A stretch of 62,955 nt of DNA from assembly GCA_022563015.1 (NCBI GenBank), contig JADFOF010000001.1:1-62955 (forward strand), written 5' to 3'. Below the pieces are notes generated by a model, which was not told the origin of the DNA, did no database searches, and was given only the letters and a program-made list of their open reading frames with translations. This DNA comes from Planctomycetota bacterium (lineage in GTDB: Bacteria; Planctomycetota; Phycisphaerae; Phycisphaerales; UBA1924). A program made the translations under genes and the position numbers. Each line of letters begins with the position of its first letter. Position 1 is the stretch's first letter. This document shows, piece after piece, positions 52,800 to 62,927 of this stretch.

Positions 52800-53660
52800 A
52801 TGATGCCCAGCGGCAAGCCGCGCGGCACAGATTCATCTCGTGAGCGGGTTTCTCCGTTTGTCGCGCCGTTCGAGCTCATCGGAGGGCGGGTTCTTGGTAT
52901 GCTGGACCAGATCGGTGCGGCGACACTGCTGTTCATCGACGCGGCGAGGTGGGTCGTGCGCGCGGTCTGCTCGCGCCGCGTGCGCATCGGGCGCGCCGGC
53001 ATCGTCTCGCAGATCGTCCGCGTCGGCGTGCGATCCATCTTCATCGTCACGCTGGTGTCGGGGAGCGTCGGCCTCATCCTGGCGCTGCAGATGGCCCCGC
53101 CGCTTGAGGCTCTCGGTCAGAAGGACAAGGTCGCGAACATCATCGGCGTCGCGATCTTCCGCGAGTTGGGCCCGCTGATCGCGGCGATTGTTCTGACCGG
53201 TTTCGCCGGCGCCGCGATCGCCGCCGAGATCGGGACCATGGTCGTCGGCGAGGAGGTCGAGGCTCTTCAGGCACACGCCCTCAACCCCGTGCGGTTTCTG
53301 GTTGTTCCGCGTGTGATCGCGACGATCGTGAGCATGGCGGCGCTGTCAGTGGTATCAACGCTCGCCGGCGTCATATCAGCCCTGCTCGTCTCCATGCTCG
53401 CCCTGGGCATCCCGTACACGACGTTCACGAACAATCTGCTGGTGCAGGTCAAGCCGGTTGACTTCATGACCGGGTGGGCCAAGTCGCTCGTGTTCGGCAC
53501 GCTCATCGGCGTCATCGCGTGCAGCAACGGGCTGCGGGTCACCGGCGGGGCGGCGGGGGTCGGCCAGGCGACCACGCGCACCGTCGTCCAGAGCATCGTC
53601 GCGATCGTCATCGCCGACCTGGTCTTCACGACCATCTTCTACGCGCTCGATCTCGTCTAG
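52800..53660 (+). CDS. mlaE: MlaE-family ABC transporter permease
   Basis: FRELGPLIAAIVLTGFAGAAIAAEIGTMVVGEEVEALQAHALNP matches the MlaE/YrbE core. Confidence 0.85.
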   Translation: MMPSGKPRGTDSSRERVSPFVAPFELIGGRVLGMLDQIGAATLLFIDAARWVVRAVCSRRVRIGRAGIVSQIVRVGVRSIFIVTLVSGSVGLILALQMAPPLEALGQKDKVANIIGVAIFRELGPLIAAIVLTGFAGAAIAAEIGTMVVGEEVEALQAHALNPVRFLVVPRVIATIVSMAALSVVSTLAGVISALLVSMLALGIPYTTFTNNLLVQVKPVDFMTGWAKSLVFGTLIGVIACSNGLRVTGGAAGVGQATTRTVVQSIVAIVIADLVFTTIFYALDLV

Positions 53661-54634
53661 CGTCGGTACCGCAGCGGTTGCTCGACGAGCCCGTACGCCT
53701 CCCGCAACGCGGTCATGCCCAGCAGACCGGCCAGGGTCAGCAGGCCGATGATCAACGTCGCGCCAAACTCCGCTTGACCGATGAACCACCCGCACGCGTA
53801 CAGGGCGAACCAGAGCGATCCGTACCGACCGATCTTCTCGGCGGCACGGGCGCCGCGACCATACTGCGCAAGCTTGCGCCACACGAACAGCCCGTACGCG
53901 AGGACGAGCGTTCCCTCGACCGCGCCCGCCCATGGGCTGACCCATTGGGGCCACGGCGACGTGAGTCCGTTCCGCCAGCCGATGTACAGAATCAGACCCG
54001 TCCAGAACATCCATCCGAGCACGGCCGCAACAACCGCCCGGCGGCTGATCGGCGGCGTTTTGCCCGAGACGACGTGCACGAGGGCAGCCACCACAAGCGA
54101 ATGGGTCAGCACCAGCACCACCGGCCAGACAAACACCAGCCGCACGTTCGGGATCACCATGTGCCCTGCATAGATGAGCCCGAGGAGCAGGAGCCCGATC
54201 GCGGGGATGAACTTGCCCGCGGCGTTGAACGCCATGATCGCCGTGGCGATCAGCAGCGAGAGAAGCACGCCGCCGGTCCCGAACACTGTCGCGCCCAGTA
54301 TCGCCGCCACCAGCGACCCGGCAACCAGGAACAGAGCGGTGTCTTTCGTCACCTGCCCGGAGGCCAGTGGACGGTTCGGGTGCATGGCCCGATCCCGGCG
54401 TTGATCGAGAATGTCGTTGAGGCTGGCCCCGAATGCGAACAATCCAAGAGCGGCGACGGTCCCGCCCGCCAGCAGCAGCCAGAGCCTGCCCTGCTCGACT
54501 TCCATCGGTCCGTGCTCGGCGTCGTGAACACGGGTCCACAAGATGACCAGCCAGACGTTGGCCACCGCGGCGAACGCGCTCGACACGCGCGTCAGATGAA
54601 GCACCGGGGCGAGTCGGAGGAGCAGGCGACGCAT
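53657..54634 (-). CDS. UbiA-family prenyltransferase
   Basis: NDILDQRRDR (NDxxDxxxD) and about 8 TM segments. Confidence 0.75.
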   Translation of the reverse strand: MRRLLLRLAPVLHLTRVSSAFAAVANVWLVILWTRVHDAEHGPMEVEQGRLWLLLAGGTVAALGLFAFGASLNDILDQRRDRAMHPNRPLASGQVTKDTALFLVAGSLVAAILGATVFGTGGVLLSLLIATAIMAFNAAGKFIPAIGLLLLGLIYAGHMVIPNVRLVFVWPVVLVLTHSLVVAALVHVVSGKTPPISRRAVVAAVLGWMFWTGLILYIGWRNGLTSPWPQWVSPWAGAVEGTLVLAYGLFVWRKLAQYGRGARAAEKIGRYGSLWFALYACGWFIGQAEFGATLIIGLLTLAGLLGMTALREAYGLVEQPLRYRR

Positions 54635-54691
54635 GAGCGGGCATGGTACGCGCCGGGAAACGACGATCCGGACGCTCTACGATGCCTCGCC

Positions 54692-55237
54692 ATGCCCGAC
54701 CCGTCAACATCCGCACCCTCCCCGAGCGACCAATTGCGCGTGGTGATCGTGGTCAGCCGGTACAACGCCTCGATCACCGATCGCCTGCTCGAAGGGGCGA
54801 TCGACGAGTATGTCAGTCGAGGCGGCGTCCGCGAGGAACTGGTCGTGCTCGAGACGCCGGGGGCGTTCGAGCTGCCCGTCATATGCCGCACCGCCGCCCG
54901 GTCCGGGCGGTTCGACGCCGTGGTGGCATTGGGCTGCCTTATCCGTGGGCAGACCATGCACGACCAGCACATCGCCCAGGCGGTGGCCGGCGGGCTGATC
55001 GAGGTCTCGAACCAGACGGGGATCCCGGTCGCGTTCGGCGTGCTGACCGTGGAGACGCCCCATCAGGCCGCCGCACGCGCCGGAGGAGCCAAGGGCAACA
55101 AGGGGGCCGCCGCGATGGCCGCCGCGATCGAATCCGCCTCGGTCATCCGCGCGTTCGAGCAGGATCCCGACCGTGCGGAGTATCGCGTTCGCACGCCGGT
55201 TGCGGACAAGGCGCACGCGGCGCTGGGAGAGCCGTGA
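54692..55237 (+). CDS. ribH: 6,7-dimethyl-8-ribityllumazine synthase
   Basis: VVIVVSRYNASITDRLLEGA...PGAFELP...ALGCLIRGQTMHDQHIA...GVLT. ATG at 54692 inside a longer spurious ORF. Confidence 0.9.
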   Translation: MPDPSTSAPSPSDQLRVVIVVSRYNASITDRLLEGAIDEYVSRGGVREELVVLETPGAFELPVICRTAARSGRFDAVVALGCLIRGQTMHDQHIAQAVAGGLIEVSNQTGIPVAFGVLTVETPHQAAARAGGAKGNKGAAAMAAAIESASVIRAFEQDPDRAEYRVRTPVADKAHAALGEP

Positions 55238-55686
55238 TGGCCTCGCCACGGGACATCCGCAGACTCGCCTTTCAGGCGCTCTACCAGCTCGACCTGACCG
55301 ACGGCACGGATCCTCAGGCCGCCCGCTGCGCGATCGAACAGTCCGCTGAGTGGACCGCCGATGACCTTGACCGGGCGCTGGCGCTGGCGGTCGCAGCCTT
55401 TGAGAACCGCCACGACTCCGACCAGCGCATGACGGAGCTCGCCCCGGACTGGCCCACGCACCGCCAGGCCGCGGTCGACCGCGCCATCCTCCGACTGGCG
55501 CACTACGAGATGATGTCCGGACAGACCCCGCCCAAGGTCGTCGTCAACGAGGCCGTCGAGCTCGCCAAGCGATTCAGCACCGAACGCTCGCCCTCGTTCG
55601 TCAATGCGCTGCTCGACAAGGTGCTCAAGGACGTGCTGGCAGCCGCGATTCCCTCGAGCGAGCAACACCCCGCGCCCGAGCTGTGA
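55237..55686 (+). CDS. nusB: transcription antitermination factor NusB
   Basis: RRLAFQALYQLD..., VDRAILRLAHYEM..., VVVNEAVELAKRFS...SFVNALLDKV. The ATG shares 1 nt with the ribH stop. Confidence 0.88.
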   Translation: MASPRDIRRLAFQALYQLDLTDGTDPQAARCAIEQSAEWTADDLDRALALAVAAFENRHDSDQRMTELAPDWPTHRQAAVDRAILRLAHYEMMSGQTPPKVVVNEAVELAKRFSTERSPSFVNALLDKVLKDVLAAAIPSSEQHPAPEL

Positions 55687-55708
55687 CCACGGGGTCCGAT
55701 TCACACGA

Positions 55709-56638
55709 ATGGCACTGATCAAGTCCGCATTCTCGCGATTCCGCACCGGCCTCGGTCGCACTCGAAAGGGGTTCGTCTTCGGCCTGCGGTCACTGCTCCC
55801 CGGGCGTGCGATCAACGATGAGCTGATCCGCGACATCGAGCGGCTGCTTATTCAGGGGGACGTCGGTGTTGGAACGACCGCTCGGCTCATCGACGGCATC
55901 AAGGCCGACCATCGCGACGGGAAGCTCTCTCGCGGCGAGGACGTTCTCGAATACCTCAAGCGCGAACTCAAGGCGCTCTGGCCGAACGACGACCGCGAGC
56001 TGCGCCTGGCCGCGGAAGGGCCGACCGTGATCCTGGTCACCGGCGTCAATGGGGCCGGCAAGACGACGAGTATCGCCAAGCTGTGCGCGGTGCTGCAAGG
56101 GCGGGGCAGGTCGGTCATGCTGGGCGCGTGCGACACGTTTCGCGCCGGCGCGGTGCGCCAGCTCGAAGTCTGGGCCGACCGGCTCGGGGTCGAGATCGTC
56201 AAGGGGCAGCAGGGTGGCGATCCCGCGGCCGTCGCCTTCGACGCCTGTCAGGCCGCCATGTCGCGCCGCATCGACGTGCTGATCCTGGACACGGCGGGAC
56301 GTTTGCACACGCAGGATCCACTCATGCGGCAGCTCTCCAAGATCCGCTCTGTCGTCGCCAGGCAGATCGAGGGCGCTCCGCACGAAACACTGCTGGTGCT
56401 CGACGCCACCGCCGGCCAGAACGCACTCCGCCAGGCCCAGCAGTTCTCAGACGCCGCCGAGGTCACCGGCATCTTCCTCGCCAAGCTCGACGGGACCGCC
56501 CGCGGCGGGATCGTCATCGCGATCAAGGAAGCGACCAGTATCCCCGTCAAGTTCGTCGGGCTCGGAGAGACCACCGACGACATCGAGCCGTTCGACCCCG
56601 ACGCGTTTGTCGAAGCCCTCTTCGCCGAGGGCGACTGA
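55709..56638 (+). CDS. ftsY: signal recognition particle receptor FtsY
   Basis: GVNGAGKTTSIAKL, DTAGRLHTQ, LAKLDGTARGG. ATG at 55709. Confidence 0.92.
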   Translation: MALIKSAFSRFRTGLGRTRKGFVFGLRSLLPGRAINDELIRDIERLLIQGDVGVGTTARLIDGIKADHRDGKLSRGEDVLEYLKRELKALWPNDDRELRLAAEGPTVILVTGVNGAGKTTSIAKLCAVLQGRGRSVMLGACDTFRAGAVRQLEVWADRLGVEIVKGQQGGDPAAVAFDACQAAMSRRIDVLILDTAGRLHTQDPLMRQLSKIRSVVARQIEGAPHETLLVLDATAGQNALRQAQQFSDAAEVTGIFLAKLDGTARGGIVIAIKEATSIPVKFVGLGETTDDIEPFDPDAFVEALFAEGD

Positions 56639-56675
56639 TTTGGAGCAGCTTCGACCAACGCGTCTACATCTGAAC

Positions 56676-56768
56676 GGACGCCGAGTCTGAGTCCGCGAAG
56701 GCTCGGATACTTCCGAGGACCGCCCGCGATCCGAGCCTTCGCCCGCAGCGGGCTCAGACTCGGCGTCC
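56676..56768. terminator. 93-nt imperfect long hairpin between convergent ftsY and the MscS gene (possible bidirectional terminator or REP-like element)
   Basis: Outer arms GGACGCCGAGTCTGAG / CTCAGACTCGGCGTCC and inner arms GAAGGCTCGGAT / ATCCGAGCCTTC are exact reverse complements. No clear U-tract. Confidence 0.4.
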
Positions 56769-56807
56769 TGCACACAACTCGTCGCTCTGTTTTATCTCGT
56801 GGACGCG

Positions 56808-58715
56808 CTACTCGGTCTCGGCCTGGAGGGGCCCTTGTGTGTTCGGCGGGCGCCCGTGGTACGACACGGGCCCAGGACGCGACTCGCGCCATCGCGCATC
56901 CCTGGTGATCAGACCCGCAGCCTCGATGCCAACCCGGCTCGCATCCATCTCCGCCGACTCGTCGGGCGGTGGTGCCGGCGTGTGGTCCGTGTCGGCCTCC
57001 TGCTGAAGCACGTGCAGCGTCTGCGTCGGAAACGCGAACTGCACGCCGAGGCGTTCGGCCAGACGCAGGATGTCAAGAAACAGCCGGTGCCGTTCCCGAA
57101 GCTCCGTCCCCCAGTCCGCGCACTGGTGAAACGCGTACACGAGCACGTCCAGGCTCGACGGGCCGAACCGGTTGAACCAGACGTGGTAGTAGTCCTTGCG
57201 CGTGTACGGATGGATCCGGATCAGCTCCCGGATTCCCTCGCAGAACGCCTCGATCTTCTCGGGCGGCGTGTCGTAGGTGAGCCCGAGGTGCATTTTGACG
57301 CGCCGGAATCGCCGCCGACCGTAGTTGTCCACCGTGGCCCGAACCAGCGTCGAGTTGGGCACGCTCACCAGCGAGTTATAAAACGTCCGGATCCGCGTGG
57401 AGCGAAACCCGAGTTCCTCCACCGTCCCCTCGACATCGCCGATCACGACCCAGTCGCCGACCTCGAAAGGCCGATCAACCACCACCGCGACCGACCCGAA
57501 TAAGTTCTCAATCGTGTCCTTAGCGGCGAACGCGAACGCCAGGCCGCCGATCCCAAGCCCCGTCAGCAGAGGCAGGATCTCGATCCGGAACGTGTCGGCG
57601 ATGTAGATCAGGCCGACGGCGAAGATGAGCACCTTGGCGGTCTTCCGGACCAGCGGAACGAGCAGGTCGTCGAACTTGGTCGCCGTTGCCGCCGCCTTGC
57701 TGGCCAGGAACTCCCCGAGCAGGTCTGTGACCCGGAACGCCGCCCAGACCGTCGAGAGCATCAGGAACACGCGGACCGCGGCCAGCACAAACACCAACGC
57801 CCGCGGCGGAAGCCCGAGCAGCCGCACGGTCCAGTAGAACAGCAATGCGGAGGCGAACAGTCCGAACGGCCGAACCGCCCTCTTCAGCAGCGGTCTGTCC
57901 GCCTCGCGGCCCCGCTGTTGCATGATCCGCCGCCATGTCCGTCGAATCGCAAACCGCACCGAGTAGTCCAGCACGATCCCGGCGAAGATGAACACCACCA
58001 GCCCGAGCCACTGCCAGTATTCCAGCCCGAACACCGCACTGTTGCGAAGCGGCGCCGGCATCCAGCTGCGGATGACCCGGTCGGGGGTCAGCGCGATGGT
58101 CGCGCTGCCGATCTCCGCCTCCAGCTCGCCCACGAGACGGCGGAACTCGGCCAGCCCCTCGACGGTGTCCTTGTCAAACCGCCATTCCCCGGTTTCATCT
58201 CTCGCCAGGGCGAGCAGGCCGTTCGGCGCCGCACTGCGCACAGGCTCATACCCGCCCAGCACGTGCATCCACCCGCTCTCATCCGGAAACAACTGATAGC
58301 GGTCCAGCCCTCGGGCGTTCGCTTCGGACAGATTCGGTACGAAGTGGATTCGGGCCCGGACCGCCCCGATCCGATTCACGATTTCCTGAAGATCCGTGGC
58401 CAGAGCGCGCCCGCTCTCGGGCTCGAGTCCCGACAGATCGAAGCACTCCGCCGCCTCGTCCAGGGCTCGCAATCGCGCGCTGCTGGGCAGGCCTTCGTTC
58501 TGGGCCCGATTCATCGCGTCGAAATACGTCGTCAGCGTGGAGCGCGGGCTGTCGAACCGCTCATTGGGCGCTGCCGGCGCCACGACCTGCTGGTTTTCCT
58601 GCCCACCCGCAGCGGGCTCACCCGGGGTCTGCGCACGCGCGATTCCCGCCGGTCCACAGAGCAGCGCGACCGCTGCAAAGATCTCCAAGATCGTTCTGAA
58701 TCGCAGCTTTGTCAT
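56808..58715 (-). CDS. mechanosensitive channel, MscS family, with large periplasmic N-terminal domain
   Basis: Signal peptide from ATG 58715. MscS core GDWVVIGDVEGTVEELGFRSTRIRTFYNSLVSVPNS. Confidence 0.85.
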   Translation of the reverse strand: MTKLRFRTILEIFAAVALLCGPAGIARAQTPGEPAAGGQENQQVVAPAAPNERFDSPRSTLTTYFDAMNRAQNEGLPSSARLRALDEAAECFDLSGLEPESGRALATDLQEIVNRIGAVRARIHFVPNLSEANARGLDRYQLFPDESGWMHVLGGYEPVRSAAPNGLLALARDETGEWRFDKDTVEGLAEFRRLVGELEAEIGSATIALTPDRVIRSWMPAPLRNSAVFGLEYWQWLGLVVFIFAGIVLDYSVRFAIRRTWRRIMQQRGREADRPLLKRAVRPFGLFASALLFYWTVRLLGLPPRALVFVLAAVRVFLMLSTVWAAFRVTDLLGEFLASKAAATATKFDDLLVPLVRKTAKVLIFAVGLIYIADTFRIEILPLLTGLGIGGLAFAFAAKDTIENLFGSVAVVVDRPFEVGDWVVIGDVEGTVEELGFRSTRIRTFYNSLVSVPNSTLVRATVDNYGRRRFRRVKMHLGLTYDTPPEKIEAFCEGIRELIRIHPYTRKDYYHVWFNRFGPSSLDVLVYAFHQCADWGTELRERHRLFLDILRLAERLGVQFAFPTQTLHVLQQEADTDHTPAPPPDESAEMDASRVGIEAAGLITRDARWRESRPGPVSYHGRPPNTQGPLQAETE

Positions 58716-58844
58716 GCCGGATGGTAAGCTCATCATTCCATTGGCGTCATGGGTCGGATCGGAGCGGACGGAACTCTCGAACCGCTCGAAGAGGAAACGT
58801 TGCCCCGGCTGTGTCCGCACGCCGGGGCCGAATCGACCCACAGC

Positions 58845-61046
58845 TTACCTGATCCGCAGCAGCTCTCGGTAGCTCGGCAGCGGCCACAGATCGTCCGCCA
58901 CACGCGTCTCCAGCTCGTCGGCCAGCTCGCGGACATCGCTCATGGCGGGGATCGTTTTGCGCTCGATGTGGTCCGCGAAAACGAACGGGTCTTCGTGCTC
59001 GTACGCGATGACCTGCTCGAGCACGCTCACCGCCGAGCGGAATCGCGACGTCAGCTCGACGAAATCCTCGAGCACGTTCCTGGCATCACCGGGATCGACG
59101 TCGGCCGCCTCGGTGGCGCCGACGACCTCGGCCAGTTCAATCTGATTCCGCCGGGCCGCGGGCAGGATCTGCGTTCGCGCGATCGTCGCCATCGTCTCCG
59201 CCTCGATGATGAGCTGCTTGACGTACTTCTCCATGAAGATCGTCGAACGACTCTCAAGCTCGGCTCGATTCAAGACGCTGTGGCGTGTGAACAGGCCGAC
59301 CACGCGCTCCGAACGGAGCACGGGGAACGACTCCACCGAGTTCTTGAGCTCCGGCAGGCCGCGGCGCTTCGCCTCCTCGCGCCATTGGTCGCTGTAGTTG
59401 TCGCCGTTGAAGATGACCCGCTTGTGCTGGGCGATCGTCTTCTGGAGCACGTCCTGCACGGCGTCTTCCATCGAGACGGCGTTCGCCAGGCGCGACTCCA
59501 GCTCGCCGGCCATGTAATCCAGCGAGTCCGCGACGATCGTGTTGATCACGGTCGCGGGCCACGCGATCGACGCGCTCGAGCCCACCGCGCGGAACTCGAA
59601 CTTGGCGCCCGTGAACGCGAACGGGCTCGTCCGATTCCGGTCGCCGGAATGACGCGGGATCTGCGGGAGCGTCGTGGCGCCCAGATCAAGCTTCCCTCCC
59701 TTGAGCGTCTTGGTCGGTGCTCCATTCTCGAACTGCTCGATGATGTCCGTCAGCATGTCGCCCAGAAAAACCGAGATGATCGAAGGCGGCGCCTCGTTGG
59801 CGCCCAGCCGGTAGTCGTTCCCGGACGAGGCGATCGAGGCCCGCAGCAGGTCCGCGTTCAGGTCCACCGCGCGGATCACCGCGCACAGGAACACGAGGAA
59901 CTGCATATTCGAGTGCGTCTCGTCCTGCGGGTCCAGCAGGTTCACGCCCGTGTCCGTCGCCATCGACCAGTTGAGATGCTTGCCCGAGCCATTGATGCCG
60001 GCGAACGGCTTCTCGTGCAGGATGCACTGCAGCCCGTAGCGCGGGGCCACGCGCTTGAGCGCCTCCATCACGATCATCTGATGATCGCAGGCGATGTTGG
60101 CCTGCTCGAAGTGCGCCGCCAGCTCGAACTGCATCGGCGCCACCTCGTTGTGCCGCGTCTGCACCGGCACCCCCAGCCGGGACAGCTCCTGCTCGGTCTC
60201 GGCCATGAACTCCAGCACCCGGGCCGGGATCGACCCGAAGTAGTGGTCCTCCAGCTGCTGACCCTTGGGCGGGCGGGTGCCGAAGAGGGTCCGGTCGCAC
60301 GTCGCCAGATCGGATCGCTCGAAGTACAGATCCTGATCGACCAGGAAGTACTCCTGCTCCGCGCCCACGGTCGAGCCGACGCGCGACACCCCGGCGTCAG
60401 TGCCGAAAAGCCCAAGCACGCGCAGCGCCTGCTTCGACAGCGCATCGATCGACCGCAGCAGCGGCGTCTTCTGGTCCAGCGCTTCACCGTTCCAGGACAC
60501 GAACGCAGTGGGAATCGAGAGCGTGACGTTGTTGGCGCCGCGGTTGAGGAACACCGGGCTCGTGCAATCCCACGCGGTGTAGCCCCTGGCCTCGAAGGTC
60601 GCCCGCAGCCCGCCCGACGGAAAGCTCGACGCGTCCGGCTCGCCCTGCACGAGCGCCGAACCGGAGAACTCGCTCAACGCACCGCCCCGGCCGTCCGGCA
60701 CGATGAAACTGTCGTGCTTCTCCGCGGTCTGACCCGTCAGCGGCTGGAACCAGTGCGTGTAGTGAGTGGCGCCGCGCTCGACGGCCCAGTCCTTGATGGC
60801 CGACGCGACAACATCCGCCACCGCCTGATCGAGCGGATCGCCCTGGTTGATCGTCCGCAGCAGACGACGGTAGATGTCCTTGGGCAGCCGCTGCTGCATC
60901 ACTCGGAGCGAGAACACGTCGGAGCCAAAGGTCTCTTCCACGGTGGCCTCCCAGTGGGTGGTCGGGTGCGTGCCATTCGAGGGCCCGCGCTCGTGGAGAA
61001 CGGCAGGGGAGCGGGCGGGACGCGTCGCGGTCGTCATGCTCGGCAT
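58845..61046 (-). CDS. glnN: glutamine synthetase type III
   Basis: 733 aa. N-terminal [21 protein letters not shown] and overall length are characteristic of GlnN. Confidence 0.88.
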   Translation of the reverse strand: MPSMTTATRPARSPAVLHERGPSNGTHPTTHWEATVEETFGSDVFSLRVMQQRLPKDIYRRLLRTINQGDPLDQAVADVVASAIKDWAVERGATHYTHWFQPLTGQTAEKHDSFIVPDGRGGALSEFSGSALVQGEPDASSFPSGGLRATFEARGYTAWDCTSPVFLNRGANNVTLSIPTAFVSWNGEALDQKTPLLRSIDALSKQALRVLGLFGTDAGVSRVGSTVGAEQEYFLVDQDLYFERSDLATCDRTLFGTRPPKGQQLEDHYFGSIPARVLEFMAETEQELSRLGVPVQTRHNEVAPMQFELAAHFEQANIACDHQMIVMEALKRVAPRYGLQCILHEKPFAGINGSGKHLNWSMATDTGVNLLDPQDETHSNMQFLVFLCAVIRAVDLNADLLRASIASSGNDYRLGANEAPPSIISVFLGDMLTDIIEQFENGAPTKTLKGGKLDLGATTLPQIPRHSGDRNRTSPFAFTGAKFEFRAVGSSASIAWPATVINTIVADSLDYMAGELESRLANAVSMEDAVQDVLQKTIAQHKRVIFNGDNYSDQWREEAKRRGLPELKNSVESFPVLRSERVVGLFTRHSVLNRAELESRSTIFMEKYVKQLIIEAETMATIARTQILPAARRNQIELAEVVGATEAADVDPGDARNVLEDFVELTSRFRSAVSVLEQVIAYEHEDPFVFADHIERKTIPAMSDVRELADELETRVADDLWPLPSYRELLRIR

Positions 61047-61147
61047 TCCTTCGATCCGGGGTTGGGTCGATCAGACACCCGCATCTTTGCAGCCCGGCGA
61101 CATCCCGCAAGTGTCCCGGCCGGATTTGTTGACAACTCTGCGAGAAA

Positions 61148-61948
61148 TCACCGGCCTGTGGCCCCGTCGAGCCCGGCGGCGAGCTGGCGGACGAACGCCC
61201 CAGCCGCCGCCACCGGGTCATCCGCGTCGGCCATGCGGCGGACCAGGGCGCTGCCGACGATCGCCGCATCCGCCACAGCGGTCACCGCCGCCACGTGCTC
61301 AGCCGTCGAGATGCCGAACCCGCAGGCGATGGGCAGGTCGGTCTCACGCCGGATCGTCTCCACCGCCGCCCCGACACTGGGGGCCTCGGTTCGCTCGCCC
61401 GTAATCCCAGACCTGGCCAGCAGATAGACGAATCCGGTGCTGGCACGGGCGATATTCGCCGCCCGCTCCGGGGGCGTGGTGGGGGCGATCAGCAGCGAGG
61501 CGGTGCATCCCGCCCGGCCAGCCTCGGCCAGCAGATCGCCCGATTCCTCCAGCGGTGCATCGGGAAAGATGAACCCGTCGAAGCCGGCCTCGGCAGCGCC
61601 GGCCACGAACATCCGAGGCCCGCCCAGGCGGTGCACGATCGACACCGACACCATCGCGACAATGCCGATCCCGACCCGATCTCGCACAGACCGGACCTCG
61701 TCGAATATGGATTGTGGGGTCGTGCCCGCCTCGATCGCCTCGTGCATGGCCGCGGCGATCACCGGGCCGTCCGCGATCGGATCCGAGAACGGGATGCCGA
61801 CCTCGACCACGCTCGCGCCCGCACGCTCGAGCTCGGGCAGGATCCGCGCCAACAGCCCCGGCCGCGGGTATCCGCCGCACACGAACGGCATGAGGGCCTT
61901 GCGGCCGTCGCGCCTCAGCCCCGAGAAGATGTCGTCGATCCTGCTCAC
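61148..61948 (-). CDS. trpA: tryptophan synthase alpha chain
   Basis: KALMPFVCGGYP, VEVGIPFSDPIADGPVI, C-terminal GFGIS...VGSALV. Confidence 0.9.
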   Translation of the reverse strand: MSRIDDIFSGLRRDGRKALMPFVCGGYPRPGLLARILPELERAGASVVEVGIPFSDPIADGPVIAAAMHEAIEAGTTPQSIFDEVRSVRDRVGIGIVAMVSVSIVHRLGGPRMFVAGAAEAGFDGFIFPDAPLEESGDLLAEAGRAGCTASLLIAPTTPPERAANIARASTGFVYLLARSGITGERTEAPSVGAAVETIRRETDLPIACGFGISTAEHVAAVTAVADAAIVGSALVRRMADADDPVAAAGAFVRQLAAGLDGATGR

Positions 61949-61991
61949 AGTTACACCATGCGGCGCCCGGCTCCGCCCCGCGTCGAAAAGG

Positions 61992-62822
61992 TCACGTGAT
62001 CACGTCCGCGATGCTCTCCAGCCCCTCGGTCAGGATCCGGGGCCCGTCCTCGGTGATCAGCACGTCATGCTCGTAATGCACACTCATCGATCCGTCAGCC
62101 GTGTATATCGGCCACTGGTTGGGCCTTTGCCTGGTCTTGCCGGTCCCGACCGCGATCATCGGCTCGACCGCGACCAGTGTGCCGGGCGTGCACTCCGTCT
62201 CGCTGTCGGGCCACTCTCCTGAGAAGGTCGGCACGACGTTGGAGATGAACGGCGGGGCGTGCAGACTTCGGCCGTACCCGTGCCCCCCCAGCCCGCGCAC
62301 GAGGTGGAAGCCGTACTCCGATTCGACACATTCCTGCACGGCCTGCGCCCACGCGAGATACGTGTTGCCCGGACGCAGCTGCTCAATCCCGCGGCGCAGC
62401 GACTCCTTGCCGGATTCGCACAGCCTGGCCAGGGTCTCGTCCGGATCGCCGAACACGTACGTCCACGCCGCATCGCCGATCCAACCGCGATACGTCACCC
62501 CGATGTCGATCTTGAGAACGTCGCCGGTTCCCAAAGGCTCGGTGTGATACCCCGCTGTCCCGTGGACCACGCAGTCGTTGAGCGACAGGCAGGCGTGGCT
62601 GGGAAACGGGGGCGACTTGGACGTTCTGTACCCGCGGAAACACGATCGGCACCGCAAATCCTCGAGCGTGCGGGCCACGAACGCATCGACGTGCGCCAGC
62701 GTCTGACCCGGTTCGAGGAACTTCGACAGGCGGCGATGAGTCTCGACCACCCGCTGGGCAGCGTCACAGGCAAGCTCGATTTCTCCGGGTGAGAGCGTGT
62801 CAATCGTGCGGCTTCGGGCCAT
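61992..62822 (-). CDS. map: type I methionine aminopeptidase
   Basis: ATG at 62822. Metal ligands in DIGV...GWIGDAAWT, GHGYGRSLH, EPM and EHDVLITEDG. The longer ORF reads through an upstream repeat. Confidence 0.88.
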   Translation of the reverse strand: MARSRTIDTLSPGEIELACDAAQRVVETHRRLSKFLEPGQTLAHVDAFVARTLEDLRCRSCFRGYRTSKSPPFPSHACLSLNDCVVHGTAGYHTEPLGTGDVLKIDIGVTYRGWIGDAAWTYVFGDPDETLARLCESGKESLRRGIEQLRPGNTYLAWAQAVQECVESEYGFHLVRGLGGHGYGRSLHAPPFISNVVPTFSGEWPDSETECTPGTLVAVEPMIAVGTGKTRQRPNQWPIYTADGSMSVHYEHDVLITEDGPRILTEGLESIADVIT

Positions 62823-62885
62823 GGGTGGGCATGGTAGCGCCGGGGCGATTCGGGGAGAAGACGGTCGAGAAGGCACTGGGGATTG

Positions 62886-62927
62886 GGCAATGGGCAATAG
62901 GCAATCGGCGATGGGCAATCGGCAATG
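62886..62927. repeat. six tandem heptamers GGCAATN (ATTGCC on the map strand), 64-105 nt upstream of map
   Basis: ggcaatg ggcaata ggcaatc ggcgatg ggcaatc ggcaatg, read directly at 62886-62927. Confidence 0.8.

Noticed and set aside
53474-55686. Long ORFs 53474..55237 (587 aa) and 54643..55686 (347 aa) taken at face value
   Set aside because: Only their C-terminal parts are recognisable (ribH from 54692, nusB from 55237). The N-terminal extensions overlap the minus-strand UbiA gene or ribH itself and are low-complexity.
61047-61147. Sigma-54 or NtcA-type site upstream of glnN
   Set aside because: Only loose resemblances were found (a TTGACA on the wrong strand, a GG..GC pair with doubtful spacing). 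That is not enough to call.
58749-61427. 892-aa plus-strand ORF spanning glnN and part of trpA
   Set aside because: It lies antisense to two well-supported genes (glnN, trpA). It is low-complexity and Arg-rich, with no recognisable domain.
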